A stretch of 64,000 bases of DNA, taken from Rotaria socialis. Its lineage: Eukaryota. The notes beneath the pieces were generated by a model. That model did no database searches. It worked only from the letters and a program-made list of their open reading frames with translations, and was not told the origin of the DNA. Position numbers and translations under genes: made by a program. Shown here one piece after another: positions 60,156 through 64,000 of the stretch (position 1 is its first letter; every line of letters starts with the position of its first letter). The stretch is taken from assembly GCA_905331295.1 (NCBI GenBank), contig CAJNYD010000224.1, forward strand, positions 62,001 through 126,000, written 5' to 3'.

Positions 60156-63047
60156 ACATCAACTTTTTGAATAGTGTTCGTTTATACAACGACATGAAAT
60201 AATAAATTTTCATACAAATGTGAACGACAAAATCAAGCACCGGTGACGAGCATCAAAGAAACAAGAAAGGTCACAAAATACATATTATGAATTGAGCAAT
60301 TTCAAATAATCTGTATGTCTTAATAAATTTGTTTCTCTTGTCCTATTATTAATTTTTCTCCATAACATCTCGTTTTCTTTTCTATGCTCTAATTAAATCA
60401 TGCTTTTGACCGAACGAAAGCGAAAGCTAAGAGATAAATTTCTTTCTCGAATTGTTCTTATTTTTTTCCCTCTCTTCTCCTGATAAATTTTTCTTAATGT
60501 TCTGTCTACATTGTTGGTGTCAGTAGTCAAAATGTGCATTTTTACCATCTTTGTATTGTCCTGTGTCTTATGCTTGTATGAAACAAAACAATAAAAAGCT
60601 AAACGAGGGTCAATGCTTTCTTTTTTGAACCATACTCAATGTTCTTTGTATTTTGGTTTTTGGTTTATCATAACCAAATTTGTTCTGTTTTTTTCTTCTT
60701 GTTCTCTCGTTTTCTACTCATTCATTTTCTTTTCTGTAGTCGCATCGCGCTTTTTCCTTCTGTTTTCTTTTTTATAATAAAACATGAGCAAAGAAAAGTA
60801 TCACAACGTGTCGGATGAAACAACGTACTTTTGCCAATCTATATCATCATTTTTCCATTTAAGATGTAATATACATTGTTGTACGTCTATTTACTTGGAA
60901 ATTAGTTTGATTTCATTCAATCTTGTATACCGGTATCGGCGAATAATTCGTTGATTTGTTCTTTTTTTTGGGCTGCCATTAACAACAGTTACTGGCTGAC
61001 CTCAAAAAAGCATGAGATGAAATTGACAGCGCATAACGTACGCTAATTTTTTCCTGAGCTATCCAGTTACATTCGTTTTTCATACTTTTTCTTCTTGACG
61101 TCATCATCAGCATCATTATAGAATTATCAAAATTCTTCTTTTCGAGTTACTTAATAATTAATTCTCAATGTTTTGGTTCTGCGAACAATACCTGTTCTAG
61201 GTATGATTAGTATTCAATTTTCTTGATTTATTATTAAAACACAACGGTGCTAGGGATTCACTTTTATTGACATTTTAATTGGATGTATTATATAAGAGTA
61301 TGAAAAATATAATATAAAAATGAGACAGTACATTTGTTTTTACTAACCACAAAAGATATTATTCGAAAATAAAATAATCAAATTTTAAGACTACTTCCTT
61401 AGATAATAAAGTAAGAGTTCTCCTATCTCATTAAATTTCCTACAACATTATCCTGAGATCTCGAAATATCTATATTAGACGTAATCAATTATATCATAGA
61501 GGTCAATGTTTAATGGCGATAAGTAGTGAAAAATACATAGAAATAATAGTGTTCGATGTATATCTAATTTTTATTATCTGTTGTACAATAATCTTTAATT
61601 TTTTTTTGAACTTAAAATATGTCTCGTGTTTGAATAAATCTAAAGGCAGCGTCGCTCGAAATATAGAGTTAGCCCGTTTCGGAGTTTGCCATTATGCGCT
61701 TGCGTCCGAATGTCGATGTTTGAGGCTGCTACGTTTTAAAATCATCTTTCCAAAAAGAAAGACTACTAGATAAAAACACGACATACATATGTCCGACTCA
61801 GAAAAACTGAATTGTAATACATATTTCAGAATAGATTCCTTTTCGTGTTCTAACTTAACTATACGATATACTCAATTGCTTATCTAATTGTCGACTAAAC
61901 CCTACAATCTATTTTCTAGCATTTCATAGAAAACTAGGAGCTGTTCGAAGCGTGCTACTCTACAAAGAAAACACTCGATTCAGATTGAAACCTTTCTTTT
62001 TACTTGACTTACATTTTAAATTAATTTGCATATAAATAATAGAAGCATGAAAATTGTGAATCAGAGCACAATGGCCATAAAAAAGCGAGAGAACTGCTTC
62101 AACTTTGGAGTTATTATAGTTTTAATGAAGTTCAACTTGACCTTTTCTCGAGTTCTCAAAACAATTTTATCGATGCTAATTTTAATTTGTCGGCATACGT
62201 CCTAAATGAAGTGTTTTCTAAACAACAAGGGCATCATTATGAGACATAGCTATTTTTATCATTTTATTCTTGTTTATTATATTGTGAAAGTTTCGTTTTT
62301 ATTTTATAGATATTGAAATTAATAATTGGTTTTTCATTTTATAAATATTGATTCAGTATGTATCGTTTTGGTTCTTGAAATAGAACTTATTGTTTTATTT
62401 TTTGTTAAGTTTACATGTAGTTTTAATATTTCTTGCAGTAATGCTATTGTTCTATGTCATAACAAACTAATTATATAACTATAGAGTTGCACGAATCGTG
62501 TTTATAATTATGATAATGAATGCTATTTGTCAGAAGAAAAGCAACAAAGAAATTTGATGTATAGTACACATAATTACGAAAGAAGCCGATGCTAATTGAA
62601 TATTTAATTCATTAGGGTACAGCAGGAAACTTTCTTTATAATGATAAGATTTATATGCAAAGACTTTCTTAGAAATTGCAATAATTATTTGTAATCTTTC
62701 TTGGCATAGAAGAGATAGTTTTAGATGACAAAAATCTCCCTTCTACTACATTTCTCTTCTTTGACTAATTAAGATTCATTCAGGTCAATTTCTACCCTAA
62801 GAGTTGATGATTTTATGTTTTTGTGACTTGTGGTAAAATTGCAAGAAATTTATGAACTAAAGAAATAATATTGATGACAATTATATTTTATGAATTTATA
62901 ATTGTACTCATCAAAAACTTTGCTGATTAGAAATATATCTTGAAGGCAATGTTTTTTATTATAAAATAATCTTCCATAGTATACGAATTTGTTGTTAAAA
63001 TAAAGAGTATTACCAACATTAAGGGAATCAGAAATAGAGAATGAGGC

Positions 63048-63072
63048 TTTCTTCTTCTTCTTCTTCTTCTTC
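63048..63072. repeat. (TTC)n microsatellite
   Basis: Read directly from the sequence. Confidence 0.85.
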
Positions 63073-64000
63073 ATAAGAACATGTTTAGCATATAGAATTG
63101 CCTGTTTATATTTAGATTGGATGGCGTTAGAAACCAGATTCAGTTATCAAAGTTCATGAGCGATGTTTATACTTTTTTTCTTTTAAATAATAATATCGTA
63201 TTCAATGGGTTTTAAACATCATTAATAGATTGCTGAATCAGTTAACACATGATTTATTCATGATTCATATAGAAAATACTTATCAAACGTAATTAATAGA
63301 TATCAAAATTTTGTGCGAGTCTGAATGAGGATTTTTAAGGTAAGAATAAATCGTGCATAACTAAAATCTCCTGATATATATTAACGCTTGATTCTGTTCC
63401 TGACATATTTCTCATGCAAAATTTAAAATAGCAACATTACATAAATAATTTCTATATATAGTTTTCATCTTCAGTTATTTTGTATAATGAAGTATACGTA
63501 TTCAATTAACAGTGACAGCTTTTATGGAAACGTTCGTTATCAAATTTGCATGATGAACTCATTTAAAATCTTTTTATAAATAATATAACTTTCCGAGTAA
63601 ATTTATGAGAAATTATCTTTATATTTATTGACTCGATTTTTCGATTTCTATTGAAGAATAAAAGTTTTATTAACTTATATCCCAATGATAGTTTTATCAG
63701 TTGACATCTGTGTTTTGTAATCAAAATAATGAGATTCAAACGACTTCCTATATACCAATGGCGTAGTCAGGATTTTTTAAGTAGGCGGCAATTTACCAGC
63801 TAAATTATTTTTATTGGGCGCCAATAGTGGACAATTAAAAGCTCTAGTTAGCAATAAGTTTTTTTTTGTAAATATCTGCATTACAGAAGCCGCTATTTAC
63901 TGAAAGATATTGAAAATTGATTTTTGTAAAACACTTGATTAAATCTCATCAAGAGAATATGTTTTGAAATAAAACATTCCTTAAATCTTTAAATGTACAC

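Noticed and set aside
61641..61770. GC-richer stretch considered as a possible ncRNA
   Set aside because: No tRNA, snRNA or snoRNA boxes or convincing fold seen; more likely a TE remnant.
63757..63900. caatggcgtagtcaggatttttt resembling a DNA-transposon left end
   Set aside because: No matching right TIR or TSD could be identified.

Overview
AT-rich metazoan genomic DNA with many ~50-60 bp spliceosomal introns. The style suggests a bdelloid rotifer or similar microinvertebrate, but this is inference and was not checked against a database. I assembled the spliced gene models by eye. They are: a divergent ZFR-like gene (zinc fingers + DZF, minus) head-to-head with mitochondrial ClpX (plus); a secreted chitin-binding/EGF pro-protein with three RKKR sites; a Sts/UBASH3-type histidine-phosphatase pseudogene; an M6/PLP proteolipid; an Unkempt with no C-terminal RING; a small secreted-peptide gene with a premature stop; an orphan gene; a GATA1/2/3 factor; and a low-complexity orphan with a PPPGF motif. 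Mobile DNA includes a solo LTR (5-bp TSD), two hAT-type MITEs (8-bp TSDs) and several other foldback elements. The poly-G/poly-C stretch at ~38.2-38.4 kb is probably an assembly artefact. I saw no prokaryotic-type system, no CRISPR array and no clear horizontally acquired gene. The best candidate for new biology is the multiply cleaved chitin-binding polyprotein. Internal exon boundaries are approximate.
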